64,000 bases of DNA from Octopus vulgaris (GCA_951406725.2 OX597826.1:51460001-51524000), one strand, 5' to 3'. Counted from the stretch's first letter, positions 24,508 to 40,929 are shown. A program made the numbers and translations. The notes: a model not told the origin generated them from the letters alone.

Positions 24508-24979
24508 ATGTGCGTGTGTGTGTTCTTGTATACATACAAAAACCCTGACAAACATAGTGCTTAGAAATTGCATGGAAACAAAAACGTGCCTTCTAAATAG
24601 TATATACGTCTATCCGCATGTATGTGTGAGTGGTTATTATGTAATTCTCTCTCTCTCTCTCTCTGCCTGTCTCTCCCCTTCCCTCTCTCTCTCAAACTCT
24701 GAAATTCTCTTCACCCGTCAGAATAGCTATTTAGTATTTATTAGGCAAAAAGTATATTTGGTGCAATGCAGTGAGCGGTGAAGTTCAATAATCGTGAATA
24801 AAATTTAAGCTACGTGCAATAATATCGAAATGAATGCGTATATCATTCTTTGTGTCTTTATTTGTATATATATGTATATATATATGTATGTTAATATATG
24901 TATATATATATATATATATATATACATACATACATATATGTATGTTCATATATGTATATATATATATATATCTATATAT

Positions 24980-25015
<36 letters not shown>

Positions 25016-25044
25016 TACATACGTATATCTATCTATCACTTTAT

Positions 25045-25865
25045 ACATACCTACATATTTGACACCGCCTTCTATTAACTCCTACTCCCTCCCTACCCAC
25101 ACTAAGCTCTCCATCCCCTACTCCCAAATCTTCCATCTGAGCAGTCTCCGCAGTGACAACCATGACTTCGAGACTCAGTCTCAACTCATGGCTCATCACT
25201 TCATCCTTCGTGGATATCCCCTCACCACTATCCACACAGCTATTGCCAGAGCACTTTCTGTGGACCGTACCTCTGCTCTATCTCCCTGCACTTCCTCCGC
25301 CGTTGCCTGTATCCCGTTTTCCCTCACCTACCTCCTCTCCACCCTATTCTCCGAGACTTCCAGCGACTGAAGTCCGACCCTCCACTTCGCACATTTTCTC
25401 CTAACTACCCCTTTTATCCTTCAAACGAGCCCACACCCTGCGTGACCTCTTGGTCCACAGTTTCTTCCCTAACCCCATCTACGAACCTGGCTTGTTCCCC
25501 TGCTCCCGCCCACGCTGCCGACCTTGCCCCCTACCTCTCCAACACCACCATCCTCACAGGCACTCATCATCGTCCCTATACCACCGACTCCTTCATCTAC
25601 ACTTCTAGCAACGTTATTTACTGCGTCACCTGCTCTTTCTGCCGTTATTTGTACATCGGTGAAATGGGACACCCCTTGGCTGACTGGTTCTCGGAGTCCC
25701 TCCGAGACTTGACACTCAGTAATAATCCCTGGTCTCATGCCATCTCTGCTCTACCGGTCATTCACTACAATACCTGTCTATGTTCGAATTGTATTTGCAC
25801 AGGGGCCATCCGGACTCCTGCCTTCGCCGTGAACAGGAATTAATCTTCTCTCTTCGCTCCTTTCT
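25045..25865 (+). pseudogene. Penelope-like retroelement: RT C-terminus plus GIY-YIG endonuclease (frameshifted)
   Basis: HTKLSIPYSQ..FILRGYP..IHTAIARA; PLLSFKRAHTLRDLLVHS; CxxxRC; TSSNVIYCVTCSFCRYLYIGEMG..LADWFSE. Starts directly after a (TA)-rich tract. Confidence 0.9.
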
Positions 25866-26490
25866 TCATCTGACTCCCATCCTCTCTTTATGTGACTCCC
25901 CTCCTCTCCTCTCCTCATCTGACACCTACTTCTTTCTTCACTCCTATTAACATTCTGTCTTCATTGATACTCCCTTCCCCTACGGTATACCCCAACGCCC
26001 TACCACACATTCGCACCTCCACGCCCATATCAAGCATCACCACACCACTCCACACACACTAGTACTGACCACTTCCCAGCACCCACAACGCACAACCAGC
26101 ATCTGCACACCCACACATTACAGACGCACACATTTACACACAAACACATCCACACACATCAAATTCACTAGCCCCTACCCATACGCATACACTTACACAT
26201 TCTCACATACACACACACACTTACGCGCACCTTCGTTTTGAGATCATTTGCGAGTGTTGTGACTCACAACCCTCGCAACTTGTGAGTGCTATCAAGTCAA
26301 CCAAATCTTCATGCTGGTTATAAAAATCAGAATAATATTTCAGCACACAAGTAGTAATTGTCAATGCTGACTAAACCGCAACTCTCCATGATGAAAAGGA
26401 AAATTCAAACAGTGGTAGTTGTTCGTTCAGCGTCCAGGCCGCAACTAAACTAAATTATTTCAAAGTCGAAGCGTTTCACTGTTTGACAGT
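25866..26490 (+). mobile_element. 3' untranslated / terminal region of the Penelope-like element
   Basis: C/A-rich tail after the ORF; degenerate hammerhead-like motif at 26379-26421. Confidence 0.45.
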
Positions 26491-27761
26491 ACATTCACAT
26501 ACATATACTAAGACAGACACGCGCAGACACACATTCAGGCCTATCGCTGTTCCTCTGTGTGTCTGTCTTTATCTTTAGATGTGTCTATGTTTGTGTGTGT
26601 GCGCGTGTGTGTGTGCCAGTCGTCATAAGAATGTATGTATACTGACAGACACATACACCGTCACATACATCGGCATAGCGTACGTAACGAACGCGCAAAC
26701 ACACACTCACTGACAGACACATACACACTCATATAGAAAATATGACGTGGCGGTGGTGGTGGTATAAAATGTCATTTACGAGAGATGACTAAAAGAAAGA
26801 TTATAAAGTTAAAGTTTTGTAATGCAAATATATAAATGAAAATAAATTTCATTTGGTAGCCGAAACATTACTGAGTCTTTTGATACCTCATACGGCAAAA
26901 TCAGCAACTCAGTTTTCGAATCCATAAGGAACATCCGTGCGCGCGCACACACACACAAACTGTCTTTTATACGTGTGTATGCATCTATGTATGTATGTAT
27001 ATGTGGGTATGTAATCATGTATTTATGTACGAGATACAGGAAAAAATGAGACACCAGACGGACCATTTCATATTTGTTTTGACAGTACGTTAGGAAAGGT
27101 ATTGGCAGGTTCCTGACTCTAGTAAATAAGTTAGCCGCTTACAAAGTAGTCATGAATTAAGCCAGCGCCGTGGTGGATAAACTCATTTGTATGTTGCGGC
27201 AAAGCATGATTAATTACGCAATGTCTATTTATCCCCAACAAAGCGTAAATTAGAAGAAAGGAGATAAATGTTATAAAAATTTACAGTAGAATATTCTTAA
27301 TTCTTATTTAACATTTAATGGAGCTTTACTATATGTAAATTCACTCCAATTTATCCGATACACGCCGTTGAGCATATGTATGAATGTATGTATGTATATT
27401 TGTGTACACATGTTTGTATATACATCTATGTATATTTATATGTATGTTAGCTTATGCATACATATGTATGTACATGCATTCACATATATGCATATGCATG
27501 CGTATGCACGTATATATGTATATACATTTATCCTTGTACTTATATATCCATATACATATACGTGTATATTGATATATGATACATATGCAGGAAGATAAAC
27601 ATATATGTGTATATATATAATATATAGGTGTGTTTATGTGTATATAATTCTGCATATATGTGAAGCTGATTATAAGACACTTGAACATTAAGCAACATCA
27701 TTAAGTAGATGGATGATATTTTCGAGTGTCACACTATTTTAGCTGTATATACACGCACATA

Positions 27762-27811
<50 letters not shown>

Positions 27812-28001
27812 TACTTTCTCTTATATAAGTATCTACGAGTTTGTATGTGTGTGACTATGTGGAGTGCGTATGCATATATGTCGCTGTATCCATCCTTGTA
27901 TGTGCGTAGAAATTGTTGAACTATATATGTGCGTATACATACTTTATGTCTATGTATAAAATATATACGTATGTTCTTGTTTATACGTATTTGGTTATGA
28001 A

Positions 28002-28460
<459 letters not shown>

Positions 28461-29109
28461 GTATACATATTCATGCGTGTGTGTGTCAGTTTATGTATGT
28501 GTTGTGGTACATACATACATATGTCAGTTTATACGTCCTTATATGTGTATTTTCTTGAGCATATGTCTACAAGATTATAGCTTGAAAATCGATTGCACCA
28601 TTGGGACAGTTTCGATTCCATATATTTGACCGAGACAATAAATCAGTCTACTTTTTTTTATCTAGGGCCACACTATTGATATTGAACTGTTTTAAGTTCA
28701 CTGAACGATAAACTAAGAGAACCACAATACAATGATGCTGCTTCTTTCTCATTATCACTAGAAGAAGCAGCTAGTCTCTCACTCACTTCGAATTCCTTCA
28801 TTCTCAAACAGAAATCTCTAAAGTTTTAAGAGACGTGTTAATCTTGACCGGAATATCTTCACTCATATATCTGCTGGAACGGTGTGACTTTTAGGCTAAG
28901 AATGAAAAAAAAAAAAAGAAAGTGAACGAAAACGAATTTACATTTCTATGTAGTTTATTGAATTTGCACTCATTTTCTCCTATTTACAAAACACAAACAA
29001 ACACACATACACACATGCATACATACACACATGCATACATACATACATGCATGCATACATACATGCATGCATACATACATACATGCATACACACGCAGCT
29101 ATATGAGAA

Positions 29110-29158
<49 letters not shown>

Positions 29159-29274
29159 GGTAAAGAGAGGAATAGAAAGAGAAAGAATATACGTATAAGC
29201 ATATGCAAATATACATCCACACACGCACACACATACATGCATACATATATGCATAGACATACATATACGTATGC

Positions 29275-29440
29275 ATAGGCGTGGGAATGTGGTAAGAATC
29301 TTGCTTGGTAACTACATGATTCTGGGTTCAGTCCCACTGCGCGTGATATCTTGGGCAAGTCTCTTCTACTATAGCTTTGGGCCAACTAAAGCCTTGTGAG
29401 TGGCTTTGGTAGACAGAAACACAAAGAAACCCGTAGTATA
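29275..29440 (+). mobile_element. Family-B SINE 5' half ending at its (CA)n(TA)n tract
   Basis: ggcgtgg..tgtggtaagaa..gggttcagtcccactgcg..cttgggcaagtctcttctactatagc. Confidence 0.85.
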
Positions 29441-29485
29441 CATATACATACACACACACAAACAAACACATACACACACACACAC

Positions 29486-29570
<85 letters not shown>

Positions 29571-29581
29571 CGTATATATAT

Positions 29582-30090
29582 GTTTTGTATGTTTTATCAA
29601 AATCAAAGAGTACAACAAAATATGCATTGTTTCGTCTGATACTGTCGTCAGGGATATATTTTCTAATTTCCTAATTCTTTGTTATGTAAATTATACATAG
29701 AAAGAGAAATATGCAGGAGAGAGGACAGATAACCAGACTGCTATAGCTGAGGTTATTAATGGGGAGTGAGTCTTGTGTAGCTGGTGTTTTAAGATAGGTC
29801 CGATAGTAGAGCAGTAGTTGTGATGAAGATGATGTTAAGGATAAAGATAATTATGGAGATGGAATCGGTGGCAGTGGTTCTTAGTGTCTAACAGTGAAAT
29901 GAAAGGTGAAAGTGGAGATATTGAAGGAGATATTTATGATGGTGATGATGACGATGTTGATATTGATGATAGTGGCAATGGTGGTGGCTTTGGTGATTCT
30001 AGTAACAGAAGAATAGTACGCTTGTGAAGAAGTGGTGTCAATCAGTAGAACCGTTGAGGGATTCACACAACGACACGGTTCTCTGTTTAT
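29582..30090 (-). mobile_element. Strand-asymmetric insert with a degenerate hammerhead-like motif (probable PLE terminal relic)
   Basis: G-rich plus strand. The minus strand reads aaaatat-atcc-CTGACGA-cagtatcagac-GAAAC-aatgc-atatttt (29617-29662), next to (TA)n. Confidence 0.4.
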
Positions 30091-31903
30091 AGGTGTCAAC
30101 ATAAATACACATATGTATTCATACATGGACAAATACATTGACGCGCGCGCACACACATACATATCTGTCTGTTTACATCATTATATACCCGTATGAGGCT
30201 GTCAGTTTAGCTGCCAGCTGCTTTTGATCTCTCTTGTAGTTCCATGCACTAGTTTTACCTGCCCTTCAGCTACGCCGATTATTATGTCTTCCGTATTTGG
30301 CTCTTTCACTTACAGCCATACATGAAATGTCTTTATAGTGTCCTTTTGGCTTTGACTAATTGCATTTCTTATGGCTGTGTCCCATCGAAGGCATTTTAAC
30401 AACTGTCATCCACAAATAGCGACTATCATTATATTAATTACGTGTGTTGACATCTTTGATGGTGGCCGATAGTTAGTCTCGAACGTCAAGTGAAATTATA
30501 TGATCTTAGTTTTCCTTATGGCTTTGTCGCTTGTTTCAACAGGTAATAATTACAATTTGTTGCTCTCTTCTAGAATATGAGATAACTCCATTTACTTCAT
30601 GGAGAAAACTGAAATGCTAATATGTATCACCTTAGAGCTCCAGCGCTCAAAGGGAAGCTTAATGCTGTATAGACCAGATACATACGTCTTATTAATGTTT
30701 ACTGTCAACGCCTGCTCAAATGCTCTAACAAACCCAAGAAAGCCATTTCGTATAGGGATCCTCGATGAAACTAAGAATTACTTGCGAAACCATGGTTGTA
30801 AACATGAAGATGTCGTCACTGTTGCAGAATGTATCTATAATTTCAAGTTGCTCATTTGTCTTCGTTAATACACATTCTTGAGCGGCTGCGAAGTTTCATG
30901 AGTTTTGAAGAAGAGCAGAAATTCTTAATTCTGTTTTTGCACCAGACGCAATTAATTCTACGTGAAAAAAATTTTTGTAATAACGTTGACGTTTCAGTTC
31001 CTCTCAATTTCTATTTCTCTGTGCAATCAATCCTGGAAGAAATCGATTGGTAAATGAATGACAGAACAAAATAAAAATGAAGCAACAAAAAAAAAAAAAG
31101 AAGATGGAAACTCAAGAATCTAACTGATATTGAGCACTTTATTGACAGCTGGTCTTCTTAGAATTTTACCTGAAATATCTGACATATGCATACACACACA
31201 TATTAACATGCATACGTTTCTCTATCATCTGCATTTCAATTCACAAATTCCTTTTTATCAGGGCTACAGATATCTTGCATAATCGCCATTCATTAATTTA
31301 TTTTCTCTGCAGTGTTTTTTTGTAGTTAATTACCTCCTTTTAATACAGTAACGACCTCCACAGCATATGTATTATGAAAACAGTTCTATCAATTGGTTAC
31401 GTATCATAATAAGCTTTACACCTCAATTAACTTTGAATAGAGTAGAATGCTAATTAATGTGGTAAATAAGAACCCTCATAACAAATAGTAAACTAGAATT
31501 AATTATTCATGATAATTAGAAGAATCTCTTCGAGAAGGAGGTAATTTATACAAATAGGTAACTCTTTTCCTTAACAATAATCAATGAATGTGAATTAATA
31601 TAAATTGAATTTCGAGGCAATAACAACAAATAACAAACGCAGCAATTTACGTTCGTCTAATCGAGCTGGGCCACTAAAATTTCATGATTATTAAAAGGTT
31701 TACTTCACATTCTAGCCACAGAAAGTAATGCATGCTATTATGTCAGTATTTTATAGACTTCCATCTATAAAGAACAACTATAATAGCATAGAGTTCTTAG
31801 TGTAGCTAAAAGCGTAAAACTGCTTAAAAAGTAGGTCGTGCAGAAAAACTTTTGAAGTAAAACATCTAATTTAAATCTTACATTTTCTCTTTATACAAGC
31901 CTG

Positions 31904-31953
<50 letters not shown>

Positions 31954-32410
31954 TGTGGGTGTGGGTGGGGGGAGGAATGCACTCATACTGTCTGTCTGCT
32001 GTTATATCTATATGCATCATTGAAAGTATTATATATGTGCGCTTGTGTGTCGAGATAGTTGTGTCTGCTTGTGTGAATAGCTATGTATATATTTGCCGAT
32101 AATGATATTCCTCAGCTTCTCTCTGACTGTATAGGCTGTTCATCAGCATGCTACTAAATTTTCTTGAAGAATGTATAGATTTTGTGTGAAAATGATATAT
32201 TTTTCAAATGGAATGCCGAGGTTCCCTCCCTTACTAATTTTAAGATGAGTATGCATTAACGCTAAACTGGATTCTTCTTATTAATTCTATAATTTTAATT
32301 GATTAAAAATATTCTTATCCAATTCGATTAAGAATAATTGCCTCAGATCACGTGTTACTGCATTATGTGAGGTTACGAGATGTCAGTTTGTATATATTCC
32401 TATCGGTACA

Positions 32411-32495
<85 letters not shown>

Positions 32496-32500
32496 GTCTG

Positions 32501-33270
<770 letters not shown>

Positions 33271-33294
33271 GTGTGTGTGTGTGTGAGAGAGAAG

Positions 33295-34980
33295 ACAGTC
33301 ACTGGAATGCGACTCTGCATGAGGCACGTGTTTCCTGTTCTGCATTTCAGTTGCGAAATCTCTTCGCCATTATGCTTCAGGCTTGTGACATCTCTAACCG
33401 TCACCAGCTTTTGGAGAAGTAACATGAATCCTTCTGTGAAGACATTGTCAACTGATTGCAGAGGCAAAATCAAGATCTCGAAATCCAGCTGACTGAGAAC
33501 ATCAAGAATGAGGCTCTACTTCTTTTTGAAGATAAAGTTCTTTAATTTGGAGGAAAACGTTTGTGGGAGTATGGCTTGCCAGATCCAATAAGAGAACAGC
33601 CCAGAAAAGACCGACCAAGAAATCTTAAGGGAGACATCCTATAACATGAACAATCTCTATGAGTACTTGACAGAGAATGAGCCAAAGCTTTGACTGAAGA
33701 ACGGACAGCTTACAATTGCATCATTCCAATGATCCAGGAGGAAAAGAGTGGCCTGTTCTTTTTGGATGCTCCTGGTGGGTACTGGCAAGATGTTTTTGAT
33801 CAATCTTTTGTTAGCAAAAGTCCGTCTAGATGGCTACATTGCATTGACGCTAGCGTCTTCTAGAATAGCAGCTACTCTCTTGATAGGTAGACGAATAGCT
33901 CATTCTACTCTCAAGGTTCCCTTGAATTTAATTAGGGCAGGGGCTCCAATTTGCAACATTTATAAGACATCAGCAAATGTCAAGGTCTTGCAGCATACGC
34001 ACTCGATTGTCTGGGATGAATGCACCACGTCTCACCGTGGAGCACTTGAGGCTGTTGACCGTATCCTAAGAGATTTAAGAGGAAAGCACATTATTATAGG
34101 TGGGATCACTGTAGTTCTGGTTGGGGATTTCAGACAAACCCTTCCTGTAATACCAAAAGGTACAAAAGCAGATGAACTCCAGGCCTGGCTCAAGCAATCC
34201 TATCTGTGGAAGCAAGTAGCTGAACTGCACCTGACAGTTAACACGAGTGCCCAATCTTTTTGTGATCAAACTGCCGGGATGGCAGCTTACGAAAGTAAGG
34301 AATAGGCTCCGACCGTACGTCAACCAAATATAGCAACACCGGCTACCCTGTAGTGAGATGGTACCAACTGTCAATGATCTCATAACGTATGTGCCCCAAG
34401 CATTGCACAGAACTTTAGCAACAGTCAATGGCTCTGTGAGTAAGCCATCTTAGTTCCACGTAATGATACTGTCGACAAAGCCAACTGGGATCTCTTGCAG
34501 CTGTTTCCAGGACAAGAATAGTCTTTCAAATACCTCGACACTGTCATTGATCAAGACAAGGCTGTAGTTTTTCTACCTCACCAATTAACACTTAAAAAGA
34601 GGGCCCCAATCATGCTGCTCAGGAATCTGCATTTACTTCGTCTATACTATGGCACCAGACAGGTGGAGAAAACGATGTGATCCCATGTCCTAAAGGCAAC
34701 AATTATGACTGGGAACTTTAAAGGTAAAGATGTCTTCATTCCACGGATCCCGTTAATCCCATATAACCTCCTGTTTGAATTTAAACGATTCCAGTTCCCA
34801 GTGAAACTAAGCTTCGCTGTGTGGATAAATCTGAAAGACAGGCTCTCAAGGTTATTGGACTTCACCCTGCTTCTCTCAATTGCATGTAGGATGTTTACGA
34901 GTTGGAAGTCCCCCAAATCTTTTCATTTATACACCAATTAGAGGGCACACTCAAAACATCGTATATATTGAAGCTCTAGT
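33295..34980 (+). pseudogene. Helitron PIF1-like helicase domain (stops and frameshifts)
   Basis: QLRNLFAIML; FFLDAPGG/TGK; LASSRIAATLL..AHSTLKVP; IVWDECT; VVLVGDFRQTLPVIP; VFIPRIPLIP..FEFKRFQFPVKLSFA; TQNIVYIEAL. Confidence 0.92.
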
Positions 34981-35170
34981 TAGTATATATTTAGATCTAT
35001 ACTTATCTGTCTGTCTGTCTGTCTCTCTCTCTGTATATCTATCTATCTACACACACACACATAGAGAGAGAGAGAGAGGGGGGAAGGGAGAAAAAGAGAA
35101 GGAGAGTATATGTATATATATAGTATAAATATATATACATATATAAAGGAGAGAGAAGGAAGGAGAGTGT

Positions 35171-35244
<74 letters not shown>

Positions 35245-35601
35245 TAAATAATAAGGGCAGAAATTGTTATTAATCAATTAAAACCAGTGGCTAAGCATAC
35301 TTAGAACTTTATAATGCTCTATTTCGTTTGAGCGTTCTGTATCTAGTTCTGGAAATTGTGCTTTGTAAGCGACAGACTACGCTGACAACCTTGCATATAT
35401 TTGCGTATTTACATACATAAATATTAACAAATGAAATGGTACGTAGGTAATGTTTTTTTTTTTATTTCGTATATTTTCATTTGTCTTGCTCATTTTTGCG
35501 TTTTGGCGTTTTTGTTGAGAATTTTTCTTGAGGACACACTTTTTGTGGTAATGGCGATTTGACGTCTATGTTTAGCATATTAGTGGTCATTACTCTTAAT
35601 T

Positions 35602-35640
<39 letters not shown>

Positions 35641-36561
35641 TGGATGTATGCGTGTATGTACTTGTACGTACGTAGGTACGTATATATATATGTATGTACG
35701 TATGTATGTGTGTATGTATGTATGTATGTATGTATGTATGTATGCACGTGTGTTATGTACTTTATGTATGTGTGTTCTTACGGTAGTTTATTATTAGCAT
35801 GCGCATCCAGTAGAACTTATATATTTATAATAAAATATATTTTGCCTCGTTTGAATACGTATGTTATAGTATTATTAGAAAGCAGATCACGGCAACGCAC
35901 AATCACAAACTTACTGAAGCAATCCGTTTTCACATGCTACGACGCTCTACACTCACACACCACGACGCTGGAATAAGCATACTTCCTCACAATACACCAG
36001 GCATCTTCGGAAAAAAATTCATAGGCTTTATTTTATTTTACAATTTTTGTCTTGTTATTCCTTCTCTTTTGTATGGTCGATGTATGATAAAAATTTATAG
36101 TTGAGAAGAATTCTAAAGATGCACAATGCCAACACCGTACAAAAGGTTTTAGATTTTTTTTTTTCATTTGTATTTCAATAGAAAAGTGTTGACTAGATTC
36201 TTTTGAATAAATAACATATTCTACGTATATTTCTCCTGCTTTAAAATGTAAAATTGGTGTCAGTCTAGATACAGAAATGATTGCAATCAGCAGTTGATAT
36301 AAACATATACACAAACACGCACTAACACCCCCCCCACACACATACACGCACACGCACGCGTACACATTACTGCACTCACAAACACATCGCAAGTATTTTC
36401 CTTCTTATTGTTCCCTATCTCTATCTCTCCTAAATATACAAACATGCATTCATATATATCATTAACTCTACTTGCATATTACTATGTGTATATAAATACA
36501 TACATACATATACATACATACATACATACATACATACATACATACATACATACATACATGC

Positions 36562-36608
<47 letters not shown>

Positions 36609-36695
36609 TATATGTGTGTGTATGTAGAAAAGTCAAAGAAACGAATAAATTGAAGTGACTACAGCAGACCGTGCACTAGGAATGTATTAGATTGA

Positions 36696-36765
<70 letters not shown>

Positions 36766-36806
36766 CATAATACACACACACATATATATATATGAGTGTG
36801 TGTGTA

Positions 36807-37185
36807 AAGTATATTTGCTATTTAAATGTAGCTAACCACTAAGGGTGGATGCTTCTGTAGCTTGTAGCCCCAGGAGAACATCTTCTCCAGCTGGCTATTG
36901 ACGCACTTTCTGTGCCCTGTCAAAGACCGGTGATTGTCATGCGCTTACGACGGGTCAATATTCAGAAACCCGGGTCCGTGCGTATCACGTCAGGTCGACG
37001 ATGGTAAGGATGGCTTCCCGTTGCAAATGCTGATAGGGCTCAGAAAGTGTGTCAATAGCCAGCTGGAGATATTCTCATGGGGCTACAAGCTACAGTAGCA
37101 TCCACCCTTAGTGGTTAGCCACATTTAACTGGCAAACATACTTCACATTGTCGTGCAGCTACTGTTTATACCTCGTCCAGAGATT

Positions 37186-37188
<3 letters not shown>
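36807..37188. mobile_element. Foldback/MITE-like element with ~115-bp inverted arms, inside a (TA)n/(TG)n tract
   Basis: 36807-36922 versus the reverse complement of 37031-37143: about 10 substitutions and one 3-nt indel by manual alignment. Confidence 0.85.
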
Positions 37189-37218
<30 letters not shown>

Positions 37219-37639
37219 CGGTGTGTATTATATATATATGTATAAATATATTATAACATGGTACAATGCTGTAGATTATGCTATCCTAGTGGGACCCGTG
37301 AATATTGCACGGAATTAATGGTAAACTTACTGGGTAATTTAAGAAAACTTTATCCAAAAACCTGAAACAACCTGTTTTGTGTTTGTATCAAATGGTAGTC
37401 TCTCATATGCTAAGAATTGAAAAGTGAAGGAAACTGGAATACGATTACTTAATGTACTTTATATATACACTTTAAATGCTTTATGCACAATTTTATAGAT
37501 TTTATACACACCACTCTCCCTCTTTCTCTCTCGCTCTTCGCCTTACTCTCTTTTCTCTCTCCTTTAACGTAAAAGCGTTACAGCCAGGCTAAGTAACGGA
37601 GGAAAATCTTAATTCCCCCAAAATTATACATTTTCTTCA

Positions 37640-37930
37640 ATACCACCTTTCACTCCCCTTCCCCTCCTCTCCCTCCACTCTGTCTCCTCTCCCCATCTCC
37701 CTTCCTTTATCTTCTCTCCCATGTCTCCTCCTCCCCATGTCTCTCCTACCTCCCCTCTCCTCCCCACCTCTCTCGCCCCCACCTTCTCCCCTCCTCTCTC
37801 ACCCTCATCTCCTCCTCTCTCCTTCCCTCCTATCTCGCTCCCCTCCCCTCCCTTCCATCCTCCCACACTCCTCTCCCCCTCTCCCCCTCTCAACCGTCTT
37901 CTTAACCCTCTCTATCTCAGCCCCTTCCCT
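37640..37930. repeat. Polypyrimidine (C/T) low-complexity tract
   Basis: Nearly pure C/T with repeated CCC runs. Confidence 0.85.
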
Positions 37931-39107
37931 TCTGGTATACTCACGTAACTACTATCAATTCACAATCAGGGGAGAGATCAATATGAGGGGAGAGATCAGT
38001 TGATTACATTGACGTCAGTTCCCAACTGGTGCTTATATCAACGACGCTGAAAGAATGAAGACTAAAGTCGACCTCGGCAGGATTTCGTCCGACGCGCTAA
38101 CTATTCCGCTAGCTCGTGGTCTTATATGCACTGTTAATACGATCCTCTGTCAGAATCAACGTAACACTTTGATAAAGCTAATTCTAGGTCTTCCATATAG
38201 CTCCCTTCTTTTAACTCAGTTTCACCCACAAGCCTCGTTCGACTTCCACATGATGCCACGCATTAGGATGCAACCGAAGCGTCAGGAATGCAAATTTGAA
38301 CCTCTCTATCATTCGGTTATGTCTGTAATAACTACAATGTACCGACAATAAAGGCGTAGAACGAAGAATACACAGTATTAAAGCATGATTACAGAAAATA
38401 AAACTAAGACAAGACAAACCACAGAAAGAGAAAAAAAATGAATAATCGTGCGGAAAATAAAGGGAAAGTGTAGAGAATGTAAAAAGACATAACGCTGAAG
38501 GAGGTTGAGAGAAAAAAAAAACGGTGGCAAAACGGAAAAGAAATATTTGTTATCAGTTTGAAAACAATAGTTATTTTCTGTCGATGTTGAATGGAAATTT
38601 GAGTCTGAAATAAATTGGTTTCATAAAAATCAGGATGTCCATATTTGTCGACTATATTAGCTGAAGGTATTGGAGATTGGGAAAAAGATATACCACGATT
38701 AGTGAACTTGATAGTGTTGTGTATGTTTTTCATTCTTTGCCCACTAAAAGAAGGAAATAAATTTCGTTACACACGCTGCTGCTACTGGGACAAAATATTG
38801 CTCTGTTTGCAAGTTTGTTGAGCAAAAGAAAATAAAAACCCAAAATCGATTGACTACGCAGTTTGACGGACGCTGACCTCATTCCGATTCCAAATAGTCA
38901 TTTGCGAGATAGAGTCTCACTTCTCATTTTCCATAATCTCAGATAGGAATGAACAATGTTTGTTGAACATGGGGAATCAACATTATGAAAGCAAAAACTA
39001 AACACACGCAGATGTACGCATGCACGCAAAAATACATATACACATCATATTTACACGCGTAGACTCATCCATAGACATATGTTTGAATGTGTTTATATGA
39101 GTATAAA

Positions 39108-40010
<903 letters not shown>

Positions 40011-40439
40011 TTTCAAGGGACCTCCATAACACCACGATATCCACTTGTTTGATTGTGCAGATATATCTACATTGCTGAGTGCTACAATTCACTTACAGCC
40101 TATGTTACATTAGCAATTGAAACGCTTTGATCACGCATATATATTTATCCATTTAAGTATAAACGATAGATACATTGATTAAAGTAGTCACAGATGGTTT
40201 TTTCCTGGTAATAAATGTAGTAATTACATACGAGCGCGCACGTGCATGTGTGTGTGCGTGAATATGTGTGTGCGGGGTTTGTGTATGTGTGGATGTGTGT
40301 CTCACTTTCAAGTTTAAAAGGTAATATATTATATTCTTTTACTACGTTAATTTACCTTTGCAAATTCATGACCGATATCTCACACTCGCTGCCGGATCTT
40401 GTCTGCTTGGATTTACTAGACTCCCATCCTCCATGTTGT

Positions 40440-40680
40440 GAAGGTGCATGGCTAAGGTGTTGGGCCTAGTGGCTAGGGAGTTGTGGTTTCGATTCCTAGA
40501 CCGAGTGACGCATTGTGTTCTCGAGCAAAGCACTTCATTTCACATTGCTCTAGCCTATTCACTTGGCAAAAAAATGAAATCCTGCGATGGACCGGTGTTC
40601 CAACCAGGTGGGGAATATACACGCCATGGGAAGAAGGGAAACCGGTCCTATGAGTCTTTATAACTCGAGATGCGGTGCCC
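40440..40680 (+). mobile_element. tRNA-derived SINE (family-C head) with a V-domain-like body
   Basis: ggtgcatggctaag..ggtttcgattcc..tgtgttctcgagcaaagcacttcatttcac..cctgcgatggaccggtgttccaaccagg. Confidence 0.6.
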
Positions 40681-40929
40681 TAGCATAACCAAAGCTCGTG
40701 AGGTGAAACTAGATGAAAATGAAAACAAAAGAAAAATTCCAAGCCATGTCATAGTACCTCTCAGTGACATCTAGCATCTTCTGTCTAATGGTCAAAGTGT
40801 TTCTTCTCTACCGAATCAATGCAATTGCGACTATGTAGAGGTGTCCAAAATACGGGGATTAACGGATCGTAGATTAACATAAATTGTTGAGAGGTTGAAA
40901 ATGAACGTCTTGTAATATTTACTCACGAT

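Noticed and set aside
33748-34305. Host PIF1 helicase gene
   Set aside because: Intronless, disabled, and carrying Helitron-specific flanking motifs.
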